In this document: piece after piece, positions 1 to 7,345 of the stretch
Numbering within the stretch: position 1 is the first letter of the stretch
How the letters are laid out: each line of letters begins with the position of its first letter
From: Methanomassiliicoccaceae archaeon
Lineage (GTDB): Archaea > Thermoplasmatota > Thermoplasmata > Methanomassiliicoccales > Methanomassiliicoccaceae
NCBI GenBank assembly: GCA_963726655.1
Contig: CAVSDP010000035.1
Location: 87,840 to 119,839 of the forward strand
DNA: 32,000 nt
Direction of reading: 5' to 3'
Position numbers and translations under genes: made by a program
Notes under the pieces: generated by a model
Database searches by the model: none
Told to the model about the DNA's origin: nothing
Seen by the model: the letters and a program-made list of their open reading frames with translations, nothing else

Positions 1-536
1 TAGATCGATGCTACTATTGCAAAAGGGACCTTTTCACTGAGATCATAAAATTGGCAAAGAAAAAGGGCATCGAGCATGTGGTCGATGGTGAGAACGCTGA
101 CGACATGCTCGCCGATAGGCCTGGGCACAGGGCAGCGATCGAAATGAACATAAAAAGCCCACTGGCCGAGGTCGGTCTGACAAAAGATGAGATAAGGTCC
201 CTTTCAGGACAGCTTGGGCTCAGGACAGCGGGAAAGCAACAAATGGCATGCCTTTCGTCACGTATCCCTTTCAACGAGGAGATAACGGTCGATAAGCTTC
301 GTATGGTCGAGAAAGCTGAAGATCTGATAAGGAGCCTAGGCATCAGGGAGTTGCGTGTAAGGCATCATGGCCAGGTCGCACGTATAGAGGTCAGACCTGA
401 TGATATGCCGATGATACTGCAGCACAGGGACCAGATAGTATCTGAGCTCAAAGGCCTAGGGTTCATATATATCGCCCTGGACATACAAGGATTCAGGTCT
501 GGCAGTATGGAAGAACCATACAAGAAAAGGAGATGA
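1..536 (+). CDS. LarE-type PP-loop ATP pyrophosphatase / sulfur transferase (TIGR00268-like); 5' end outside window
   Basis: The frame of ORF 51..536 stays open back to base 3 (DRCYYCKRDLFTEII...), so the gene enters from the left edge. The C-terminal half carries QQMACLSSRIPF and IRELRVRHHGxxARIEV blocks typical of this family. Confidence 0.7.
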   Translation, partial: DRCYYCKRDLFTEIIKLAKKKGIEHVVDGENADDMLADRPGHRAAIEMNIKSPLAEVGLTKDEIRSLSGQLGLRTAGKQQMACLSSRIPFNEEITVDKLRMVEKAEDLIRSLGIRELRVRHHGQVARIEVRPDDMPMILQHRDQIVSELKGLGFIYIALDIQGFRSGSMEEPYKKRR

Positions 537-540
537 ACAC

Positions 541-561
541 CGTCCAAAGTAAGCTTGGACG
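541..561. terminator. Hairpin CGTCCAA-N7-TTGGACG between convergent genes
   Basis: A 7-bp perfect stem read directly from the sequence. It sits in the 54-nt gap between the LarE-like stop (536) and the pmbA stop (591). There is no strong T-run, so a terminator function is only suggested. Confidence 0.3.
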
Positions 562-590
562 ATGTCCTTGGTATACGCAAAGGACACGGT

Positions 591-1923
591 TCACATTTGT
601 GATCTAGTGAACTTGACCTTTGATACTAACGCGGTAGGTGCCAGGGTAGGCGTGTCAACTTCCCACCATTTTACCCATTTTCTTTCTCGGGTCATTGCTT
701 CTATGTTCTTTACTATCCCCAATATGTTCTCAGATATTCGAAGGTCTTTTACAGGGCCAGCGATCTGCCCGTTCTTTATGCGGAACATAGCATCACGCGG
801 TATTGTCGAAAAATCCCCTGTACCATAGTTCTGATACCTGAGATACCAGTCATTAGTGACCATCATCCCATCATCTATCTGGGATATCATCTCATCCAAT
901 GTCCTTTCTCCAGGCGAGATGACCAGATTGAAAGGATGCGGTGCGATGAGACCGGCATTAGCAGTGCTCGAGGTATTGAATTTCTTTGCTGTCGATGAAT
1001 TGTGAAGGTACCCTTTCAGGACACCATTCTCTATTATCGGTGTTCTTCTTGTTGGAAGCCCTTCAGCGTCGAACGGGGATGATCCATAGACGTTCTGCAT
1101 AGAGGCATCATCGTACAAGGTGAACCTATCGGAGGCTATTTTCTGGCCGACCTTGTTAGTTAGGAACGATAGACCTGCATCTACATAGAAGGCGGATGAG
1201 AAGCTTCCTATCTGCGATGAAAGATGCGCGAAACGTCATCGGTCCCAGGATGGTCTTGTACTCACCTGGTTCGCCCAGGACAGGCCCAGCTGACATTTTT
1301 GCATACCTGCCAGCTTCCTCGCCTGCCTCTGATGGCCTGAACTCCTTCTCATTGCTCGCTATGCTTACGGAATGTCCTGATGAAAGGCCTTGACCGAAAG
1401 CACGTATGGAAAGCTCCAACGATGCGCTAGTTCCTGAGGCATCCACACCGCCGGATGTGATCATGGTATATGTTGTATTCCTGGATACCAGTGAGCCAGC
1501 TGAACGCGCTGCTCCCCCCTTTTTAGCTGATTCTATAGCCTGCTTCGTCCAGTATACAAGGTCCCTTGGTGATATCGTGACCTCTTCCTGCTCAAGAAGT
1601 GCAGGGTCATACCCGAAAGGGCCATGGGGTAGTTCGGCGACCTCATCCCCAGGCGGAGTGCTCTTTAGTGCGGTCATCACCTTGGTGACGGCAGCTTTTA
1701 ACGATGCCGTTGAAAGGTCAACTATCGTTGTTGATGCTTTTCTTCTGTCCATCTGCACATATATCGAACATACCGATTCTTGAAGGGCATCGACTATCGT
1801 GACCTCATTATTGGAGAACCGCACCATGCCTTCCTTTGAGCTGGATATTGATGTCACGGAACCGCTTGCACCCTCCTCGCGGCACATGTCGGTTATCTTT
1901 GAGCACATATCATGGTCGTTCAT
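591..1923 (-). pseudogene. pmbA: PmbA (TldE) family protein; frame broken once as sequenced
   Basis: ORF 1156..1923 is the N-terminal part and ORF 591..1118 the C-terminal part (DAEGLPTRRTPIIENGVLKGYL, MVTNDWYLRY). Upstream of 1118 the downstream frame reads FAHLSSQIGSFSSAFYVDAGLSFLTNKVGQKIASDRFTLYDD. Removing one base of the run at 1231-1233 joins ...ILGPMTF to AHLSS.... The locus is 1333 nt, which is 3n+1. Confidence 0.85.
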
Positions 1924-3356
1924 GTCGAAGCCTCCAATTTTATGTTCCTAAGACGCATATGCGGCCCCCCTGTCCAAACCGGGATCCCTTGCATAGGGTC
2001 TCCCTTCCCGCAATAAGCCGATGTGAACTGAAGGTCCTTCCCAACAGCATCTACAGATGCCCATAGTGCCGGCGTGGTGATCTCTAGGACCGGGTTCCTG
2101 ACCATTTGACCGAGCTTACCGTTCTCGATCATGTAGGCCTCAAGACCAACATATCTCTGATTGTACCTTCTATCATCAATGTTCCATTCCATGAAATCTT
2201 TTATGTAGACACCATGACCAACGCCTTCGATCAGCTCTTCCCGTGAATGGTCCTTGGGTTCGACAAAAGTGTTCGCCATGCGAACGATCGGTTCTCTATT
2301 GAATGCTACAGAACGCGATGCCGCATTGCTCTGTACGTTGAAACTGGCAGCCGTCTCCCTGTTCTGGAGGAACTCGTTCACGACCCCATCCTTCATTAGG
2401 TACCTGCGTCTCGCTTTGACCCCTTCATCATCACATTCATAGAAGCCGAACGAACGGGGCAAAGCAGGGTCGTCCACAACATTAACCTGATCTGAACCTA
2501 TCTTTCTACCTATGGCATCCTTATCCAGATACGTTTCCCCCGCCTGGGCCGCCTCCCTTCCAAGGACCCTGTCAGCCTCCGATGGGTGTCCGCACGATTC
2601 ATGGGCTATAAGCCCTACGACCTCTGGTCCTAGGACAATATCCATCGTTCCTCCCTCGAAAGGCTTTGCGGACCTGACCACCCCGGCGACCGACCTTACC
2701 TCTTCATCCAAGCGCTTAGGAAGGTCCCATCTTTCCACATTCTCCCAGCCACCGGATTCGCCAATGGCAACGACCCTTTGGGCCGAAGCCCCCTGCGGGC
2801 CTACGAGCATCAACATGGCCTCGACCACCGCTCTTGGGACCAAGCTCCTGACGTCCGCCCCATCGGAGCTCAGTATATGCTTCTCCGTAAGTAGCGTATC
2901 GATCGATATATATCGTCCTGCAAGAGTGACATCGCCTTTTTTAGCTGCAGATACCGCTGCCTCATCTGATTCTTTCAATAGATCGATCCTGCTATAATTC
3001 TGGACAGCATCGAAGGGAACTCTCGGCCGTACCAATGTGTTTACCTTTCCGACCTCTGATGGCCCTATATTTATCGGTGCTTTTCGGACCCTTGCGGCAG
3101 CCCTTGCGCTTTTGACAGTACGCTTAGCTACGGAGACCGCAGCGCTCATCGAGTCGATATTGGTAGAGCCAAAACCAAGACCACCGTCCACCACCACTCT
3201 GATGGATATCCCTTTACGGACATCGAACGAAGCCACTTCGGGTGCACCGTTCTTCAACAAGTTCGATGCATATTCATCCTTCTGATACCTGGCCTCAGCG
3301 TATGTAGCACCGTCGCTGAGAGCGATATCTATCATCTTCTGTAGCATGTCTTCCAT
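1920..3356 (-). CDS. tldD: TldD family metalloprotease
   Basis: The HESCGHPSEAD metal-binding block and full-length TldD-like sequence are present. I prefer the ATG at 3356 (MEDMLQKMIDIAL...) over the GTG at 3425. The stop overlaps the pmbA start as ATGA at 1920-1923. Confidence 0.9.
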   Translation of the reverse strand: MEDMLQKMIDIALSDGATYAEARYQKDEYASNLLKNGAPEVASFDVRKGISIRVVVDGGLGFGSTNIDSMSAAVSVAKRTVKSARAAARVRKAPINIGPSEVGKVNTLVRPRVPFDAVQNYSRIDLLKESDEAAVSAAKKGDVTLAGRYISIDTLLTEKHILSSDGADVRSLVPRAVVEAMLMLVGPQGASAQRVVAIGESGGWENVERWDLPKRLDEEVRSVAGVVRSAKPFEGGTMDIVLGPEVVGLIAHESCGHPSEADRVLGREAAQAGETYLDKDAIGRKIGSDQVNVVDDPALPRSFGFYECDDEGVKARRRYLMKDGVVNEFLQNRETAASFNVQSNAASRSVAFNREPIVRMANTFVEPKDHSREELIEGVGHGVYIKDFMEWNIDDRRYNQRYVGLEAYMIENGKLGQMVRNPVLEITTPALWASVDAVGKDLQFTSAYCGKGDPMQGIPVWTGGPHMRLRNIKLEAST

Positions 3357-3608
3357 GATAGCACCCTTGTATGGTATAGACCTGTACGCAATGACAGATA
3401 CATCTTTTGTTGGATTTATGCGCACATCGGATCATCATGACCATTTTATTGTCAATGCTGACACGCCCATTAATAAAATGTCCATCATTAAGCGGACCTC
3501 AGGTCTTATTTTATAAGTGACCAGACCTAGATCTTGACGATCAAAAAAGAACAATGCTTCGCATGAATATGGCCGCCCCTCGCAAAGAGATAAAAATACG
3601 TTGTTAAA

Positions 3609-4178
3609 ATGATGTTCATCATGCTGGTTAGTACTACGATTTTGTCGTACGATCATGGGATATTGAGGGAGGTCATGGATGTCCTATGTGCTGTATGCGA
3701 GACAGGTGGATTGAAGGACCATGAGGATGAACTGGAAGGGGTCATCGATTTCTTCTCTGATTTCATGAACGGATATCATCATGGAAAGGAAGAGAACTAT
3801 GTTTTCCCCTTGTTAAGAGAGTCCTCACCTCAAACAAGTGACGAGCTGGATGAGCTGTTGGCAGATCACAATAAAGTAAGGTCCATTGTAAGCTCGATGA
3901 GATCGTCACTGCAGGATAAGGACCTCGATAGCTTCTCCGAACAAAGCATAGAACTTGTAGCGAGCATGCGCAAGCACATCAAGAGAGAAGAGGACGAGAT
4001 ATTCCCATTGATCGAGCAGACCATCGATCCAGAACTTGATGTAGAGATGTTCCAAGAGAGCCAAGAGTTCGCACAGAAGAAGTTCGGGTCTAATTTCCAG
4101 AACGATATGCAAAATTTCGCCGATCGCTTCCAAGAAAGCGTAATGGGAAAGGGGATCGTCAGGTATGACTATGTATGA
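3609..4178 (+). CDS. Hemerythrin-like HHE cation-binding domain protein
   Basis: Two H..xEE..FP blocks (HHGKEENYVFPLL and HIKREEDEIFPLI) plus LSYDHGILREV at the N-terminus fit the HHE domain pattern. The exact start (3609 or 3621) is uncertain. Confidence 0.6.
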   Translation: MMFIMLVSTTILSYDHGILREVMDVLCAVCETGGLKDHEDELEGVIDFFSDFMNGYHHGKEENYVFPLLRESSPQTSDELDELLADHNKVRSIVSSMRSSLQDKDLDSFSEQSIELVASMRKHIKREEDEIFPLIEQTIDPELDVEMFQESQEFAQKKFGSNFQNDMQNFADRFQESVMGKGIVRYDYV

Positions 4179-4214
4179 ATGAGCTGTAAGACCGGTTATT
4201 GAAAAAAAATAGTT

Positions 4215-4320
4215 TGGCGCCGAGGGAGAGATTTGAACTCCCGTGGCGGAGACCGCCAGTGGTTATCTCGGATCGATGGTCGTTCGAGACCACCGCCTTA
4301 CCGGGCTAGACTACCTCGGC
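4215..4320 (-). tRNA. tRNA-Ser (anticodon CGA) with an 18-nt intron at 4265..4282; CCA encoded
   Basis: The minus strand reads GCCGAGG-TA-GTC...GGC-G-GTGGT-CTCGAA|intron|A-ACCAC, then a long variable arm (GGCGG-TCT-CCGCC), then GGGAG-TTCAAAT-CTCTC-CCTCGGC-G-CCA. The intron lies at the canonical 37/38 position. CTCG (33-36) pairs with CGAG (51-54) and is flanked by two 3-nt bulges (AA|C and AU|A), forming a bulge-helix-bulge motif. Confidence 0.9.
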
Positions 4321-4345
4321 TTTGGAGATGGAAAAAGGGCACTAG

Positions 4346-4351
4346 ATATAA
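4346..4351 (-). promoter_or_regulatory. TATA-box candidate (TTATAT) for tRNA-Ser
   Basis: The minus strand reads ...AAAATGCTTATATCTAGTGCCC.... The TATA element is centred about 28 nt upstream of the tRNA 5' end at 4320, which is the usual archaeal spacing. Confidence 0.5.
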
Positions 4352-4440
4352 GCATTTTCCCAACAAACATCCCAACATGATCCACTGTCACGAAAATGAT
4401 ATGACAACTTTCAATATCTCCGGCGCCCTATCAGTACATA

Positions 4441-4692
4441 ATGAATGAACAGAATGGCCCGGACAATAGGGCTTTACCCCCATCAGCTCCGAGAAGTACT
4501 AGCACGAGCAATGATCCTGGGAAGATAGGAAAGGACGTTTACTACCTCTTCGCAGCGTTCTTTCTATTGCTCATACTTGTGATATCAATATCAGCGATGG
4601 GACTAGGTGTTATAGGGATAGCGATACAGGTAATACTCCTCGTCTCAGGGGTCGTCCTTTTCGTTATCGAGGAAAAATATTATAAAAAGTGA
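4441..4692 (+). CDS. Small hypothetical membrane protein (two predicted TM helices)
   Basis: A polar N-terminus is followed by two hydrophobic stretches (YYLFAAFFLLLILVISISAMGL and GIAIQVILLVSGVVLFVI). I recognise no family. Confidence 0.4.
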   Translation: MNEQNGPDNRALPPSAPRSTSTSNDPGKIGKDVYYLFAAFFLLLILVISISAMGLGVIGIAIQVILLVSGVVLFVIEEKYYKK

Positions 4693-4865
4693 GGATCGTC
4701 AATTGGAGGCCACAAGATGATCCTATCCCTTGTGAACTTTCAAATCAGGTCCAGAAAAGATGTTAGAATAATAAGAGACCTTGAATGATTTTCGATATTG
4801 ACATAGGCCAGCAATGGATATCTAAGTGCAATGTTTATAAGGAAATAACATATGGGAGATCCCGA

Positions 4866-5066
4866 ATGATCGCCTGCGTAGAGATATACCACGATACAAA
4901 AGAAGTGGTTGTTGATGAAAATGCGACAGTAGATGACCTACTAAAAGCCCTAGATCTTCATCCGGATTCATTCCTGGTTTTCAAGGATGGAAGACCCCTT
5001 CCCCTTGACTCAGACATAGGTGATGGAAAAGGAATAAAAGTCATCAGGGTGGCTTCCGGAGGTTGA
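4866..5066 (+). CDS. ThiS/MoaD-fold ubiquitin-like small protein (SAMP-like), C-terminal Gly-Gly
   Basis: About 66 aa from the ATG at 4866 (MIACVEIYHDTKEVVVDENATVDDLLKAL...IRVASGG). Size, beta-grasp-like pattern and the terminal GG fit ThiS/MoaD/SAMP. The longer ORF from 4785 adds a non-conserved-looking leader. Confidence 0.55.
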   Translation: MIACVEIYHDTKEVVVDENATVDDLLKALDLHPDSFLVFKDGRPLPLDSDIGDGKGIKVIRVASGG

Positions 5067-5134
5067 GGGAGCCTGAACATTATCTGGCTCTTTTTTATCG
5101 GGCTCTTTTACATCAGTAAAAAGTGAACTACCTT

Positions 5135-5312
5135 GCCCTGGCGGGCGGGGCTTCTTGATTCAACCTGGCGGCTTGCTGTACCTGCGCGGAGGCCAGTGGT
5201 GGTCGCGTGTCCAATGTACAATATTCCAGGTCGCCATGATGCCTTAGGCACCATAGTTATCTATCCATCCTTGCTCTGGTATGCTTTCATCCCCCGCCTG
5301 ACGCAGGGGGAC
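5135..5312. ncRNA. Candidate structured RNA or element; GC-rich segment of a 290-nt intergenic region; identity and strand unresolved
   Basis: Nested complementarity is seen directly in the sequence:
- 5143-5150 with 5292-5299 (GGGCGGGG/CCCCGCCU)
- 5163-5168 with 5226-5231
- 5177-5181 with 5216-5220
- 5183-5189 with 5203-5209

There are also two hairpins, at 5236-5254 and 5291-5310. G-U versus A-C asymmetries disagree between helices, so the strand is not determined. Confidence 0.25.
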
Positions 5313-5357
5313 TTTCCGTTCGCAAAAGTTATACTATGGATGCTCCATTGAACATTC

Positions 5358-5792
5358 GTGTTCCTTAGAGAGTTCTCGAGCGGGGATCTCACATCCGTTT
5401 ATAATCTAGCATGTTCAGCTCTGACTGAAAGATATGATCCCACACTCTTCCTCTCCATATCCTCGACATGGCCCAATGGATTCTTGGTCGTTGAGTCCCC
5501 ATTCGGGATAGAAGCTTTCTTGCTCGGCATAATGACATCACCAATAGAGGCAAGGATCCTAATGCTGGCAGTTGACAAACGAATGCGCAGGAAAGGAGTA
5601 GGAACGATGCTCATGGATAGGTTCATCCAGTGCTGTCAACAGAAGAGCGCCAAAACTGTTACGCTAGAGGTAAGGAAGGGGAATATATCCGCAATGGACC
5701 TCTATTATAAGTTCGGCTTTAGAGCGGTCGGCGTCATACCTTCATACTATAATGATGGTGAGGATGCGTACAAGATGGATCTTTTCCTATAG
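5358..5792 (+). CDS. rimI: GNAT N-acetyltransferase, RimI / archaeal Nat (Ard1) type
   Basis: Shows the acetyl-CoA binding block LAVDKRMRRKGVGTMLM and the ending YYKFGFRAVGVIPSYYNDGEDAYKMDL. The GTG start at 5358 is the first start after an in-frame TGA. Confidence 0.8.
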   Translation: MFLREFSSGDLTSVYNLACSALTERYDPTLFLSISSTWPNGFLVVESPFGIEAFLLGIMTSPIEARILMLAVDKRMRRKGVGTMLMDRFIQCCQQKSAKTVTLEVRKGNISAMDLYYKFGFRAVGVIPSYYNDGEDAYKMDLFL

Positions 5793-5815
5793 GCTGTAGG
5801 GATAAGTGCTTCTTC

Positions 5816-7345
5816 TCACTGGTATGCGGAGTCGTCTGTCCTATGCTCATTCCAGAAATAATAAGGGGATTTCTCTTTCTGAGATGTTGATATGTCAGTC
5901 GAAAGGCCCCGCATATAATTCCCATAGCGGTCCCTTATCTGCTCCTCTGCGGTCCTCGAGCGCTTCAATGCCGCTATCACATGAGTCTCTTCGATCATGT
6001 TGTCACTATTGGTCACAGCAAGGTCCCCGGCGGATCTGATAAGGCCGCCTAGCTCCCTTAGCCTGAGGGTCAAAGCCCCGTCCTTACCATCTAGGGTCTT
6101 GGCACGATGCTTAGCTTCCTTGATTATGGCCTCTACTGCCGCTCTGCTCGCTTGGGGTATCCTTCCATCTATTGAGATCTCTTGAGCGATGAACTGGGCT
6201 ATCCTTGCTCGGTTCTGGTCGTTATCTTCCATGATGTTCTCGACCAGTATCTCATAGCCATCACCTGCTATCCTGGAGCGGACAGGGGATAGGACCTGCT
6301 CAAGGTCTTGTATATTGCAAGCTGCCACTAGAATGAAATCACACGGTACATTGTCTACCTTGACCGACGCTCCGGCTGACTGTGGGTTCCTTCCTGTTAT
6401 TGGGAACCTGCGTTCCTGCATTGCCGTTAGGATGTATCTTTGGATAGGGCCAAGATGAGATATCTCATCGAGAAAAAGTACACCTTCATGCGCCTCATGT
6501 ATCGCTCCTGGGATGACTCGCTCATATGGCTGAGTACCTAGACTAGCATGTCCGCCGAACGGATCATGGCGAACATCACCAAGAAGCTCGGTCTCACTAG
6601 CACCCGTAGCTAGAACGAACGGGTTCCTATCAAGAGGTATCAACACTTTCCTTGGGCGTTGCTTATCGAACTCTCTCCTTTTTTCAAGAGCGTCCTGATC
6701 GAGCACCCTTATCATCTCTCCAGCACGCTCAAAGACCACCACTTCTTCCTTATCAAAACGTTTTCGTGTCGTCGTGACCCTTTCCTTGCCGGTCTGCATC
6801 CCTGTTGATCCAGCCAGGTTCTCCATGAGCCCTGACATTAGGTCCCCGAAAGGGTTCCCTGGTTGGATCCCGGAATCCTGCTTTGCCTTTTCACATTTTG
6901 GACAAAAGCGTTCCTGCGGGGATGAATATGTCCCGCAGTTCTTGCATCTATATCCAAGCCTTTCAGAGACTAGGATAGGGGCTAGCTTGGGATCGATCAG
7001 CTCCCCTTCTGCCGATCCCCTTGATTCTAGCTCCTTTCGTACGTCTTCTTGCCTTTTCACTTCTACGAGCGGTCTTTCTGGGTTCTCCGGATTATGAACT
7101 ATCCGAATCTCCTCTTCAGGCCTAGGGAGGTAAAGTGAAAGTGCCTGAGCGATCATTGACTTCCCAGTGCCAGGGGGTCCGACCAGCAGCATGTTCCTTC
7201 TTTGCTTTGCTGCTATTCTTGCTAGATTCACTGCTTCATCTTGGCCGATGACCCTCTTGAGAGGGTCTTTCGGTATCACTATATCCGCAGTACTTGTAAT
7301 GGATCGGAGATCCCATTCCACTTGGATGTCAACTTTTTCGCTCAT
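5816..7345 (-). CDS. LonB-related AAA+ ATPase with zinc-ribbon insertion; no TM helices and no protease domain
   Basis: LonB-like order of motifs:
- VIGQDEAV...LLVGPPGTGKSM (Walker A)
- LPRPEEEIRIVHNPENP
- LLGDVRHDPFGG
- GVLFLDEI (Walker B)
- FPITG
- RSRIAGDGYEI
- LTLRLRELGGLIR

The insertion between Walker A and Walker B contains CKNCG-x10-CPKCE and has no hydrophobic helices. The ORF stops about 40 aa after the AAA+ lid, only 23 nt from the convergent rimI stop, so there is no room for a protease domain. Confidence 0.75.
   Translation of the reverse strand: MSEKVDIQVEWDLRSITSTADIVIPKDPLKRVIGQDEAVNLARIAAKQRRNMLLVGPPGTGKSMIAQALSLYLPRPEEEIRIVHNPENPERPLVEVKRQEDVRKELESRGSAEGELIDPKLAPILVSERLGYRCKNCGTYSSPQERFCPKCEKAKQDSGIQPGNPFGDLMSGLMENLAGSTGMQTGKERVTTTRKRFDKEEVVVFERAGEMIRVLDQDALEKRREFDKQRPRKVLIPLDRNPFVLATGASETELLGDVRHDPFGGHASLGTQPYERVIPGAIHEAHEGVLFLDEISHLGPIQRYILTAMQERRFPITGRNPQSAGASVKVDNVPCDFILVAACNIQDLEQVLSPVRSRIAGDGYEILVENIMEDNDQNRARIAQFIAQEISIDGRIPQASRAAVEAIIKEAKHRAKTLDGKDGALTLRLRELGGLIRSAGDLAVTNSDNMIEETHVIAALKRSRTAEEQIRDRYGNYMRGLSTDISTSQKEKSPYYFWNEHRTDDSAYQ

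Noticed and set aside
4233-4448. Plus-strand ORF of 71 aa.
   Set aside because: It overlaps the tRNA-Ser gene and its promoter on the opposite strand. Its Arg/Pro/Trp-rich composition is typical of reading through structured-RNA DNA.
5255-5330. An RNase P RNA CR-I-like string, GGAAAGUCC, on the minus strand (reverse complement of 5309-5317).
   Set aside because: No complementary CR-V/P4 partner (GGxCUU with ACAGAA context) is present nearby. The GC-rich block of about 180 nt is much shorter than a type A or type M archaeal RNase P RNA. The match is a single 9-mer.
5067-5357. SRP (7S) RNA. The intergenic length is about 290 nt, it is near a tRNA-Ser, and there is a GCGCG...GGUGG...CGCGUG...UGUA string on the plus strand and AGCAA on the minus strand.
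   Set aside because: The Alu-like and helix-8-like strings lie on opposite strands. There is no GGAA/GNAR tetraloop with flanking AGGxC/AGCA loops. The structured part is only about 180 nt, and a 300-nt RNA would have to overlap a flanking CDS.
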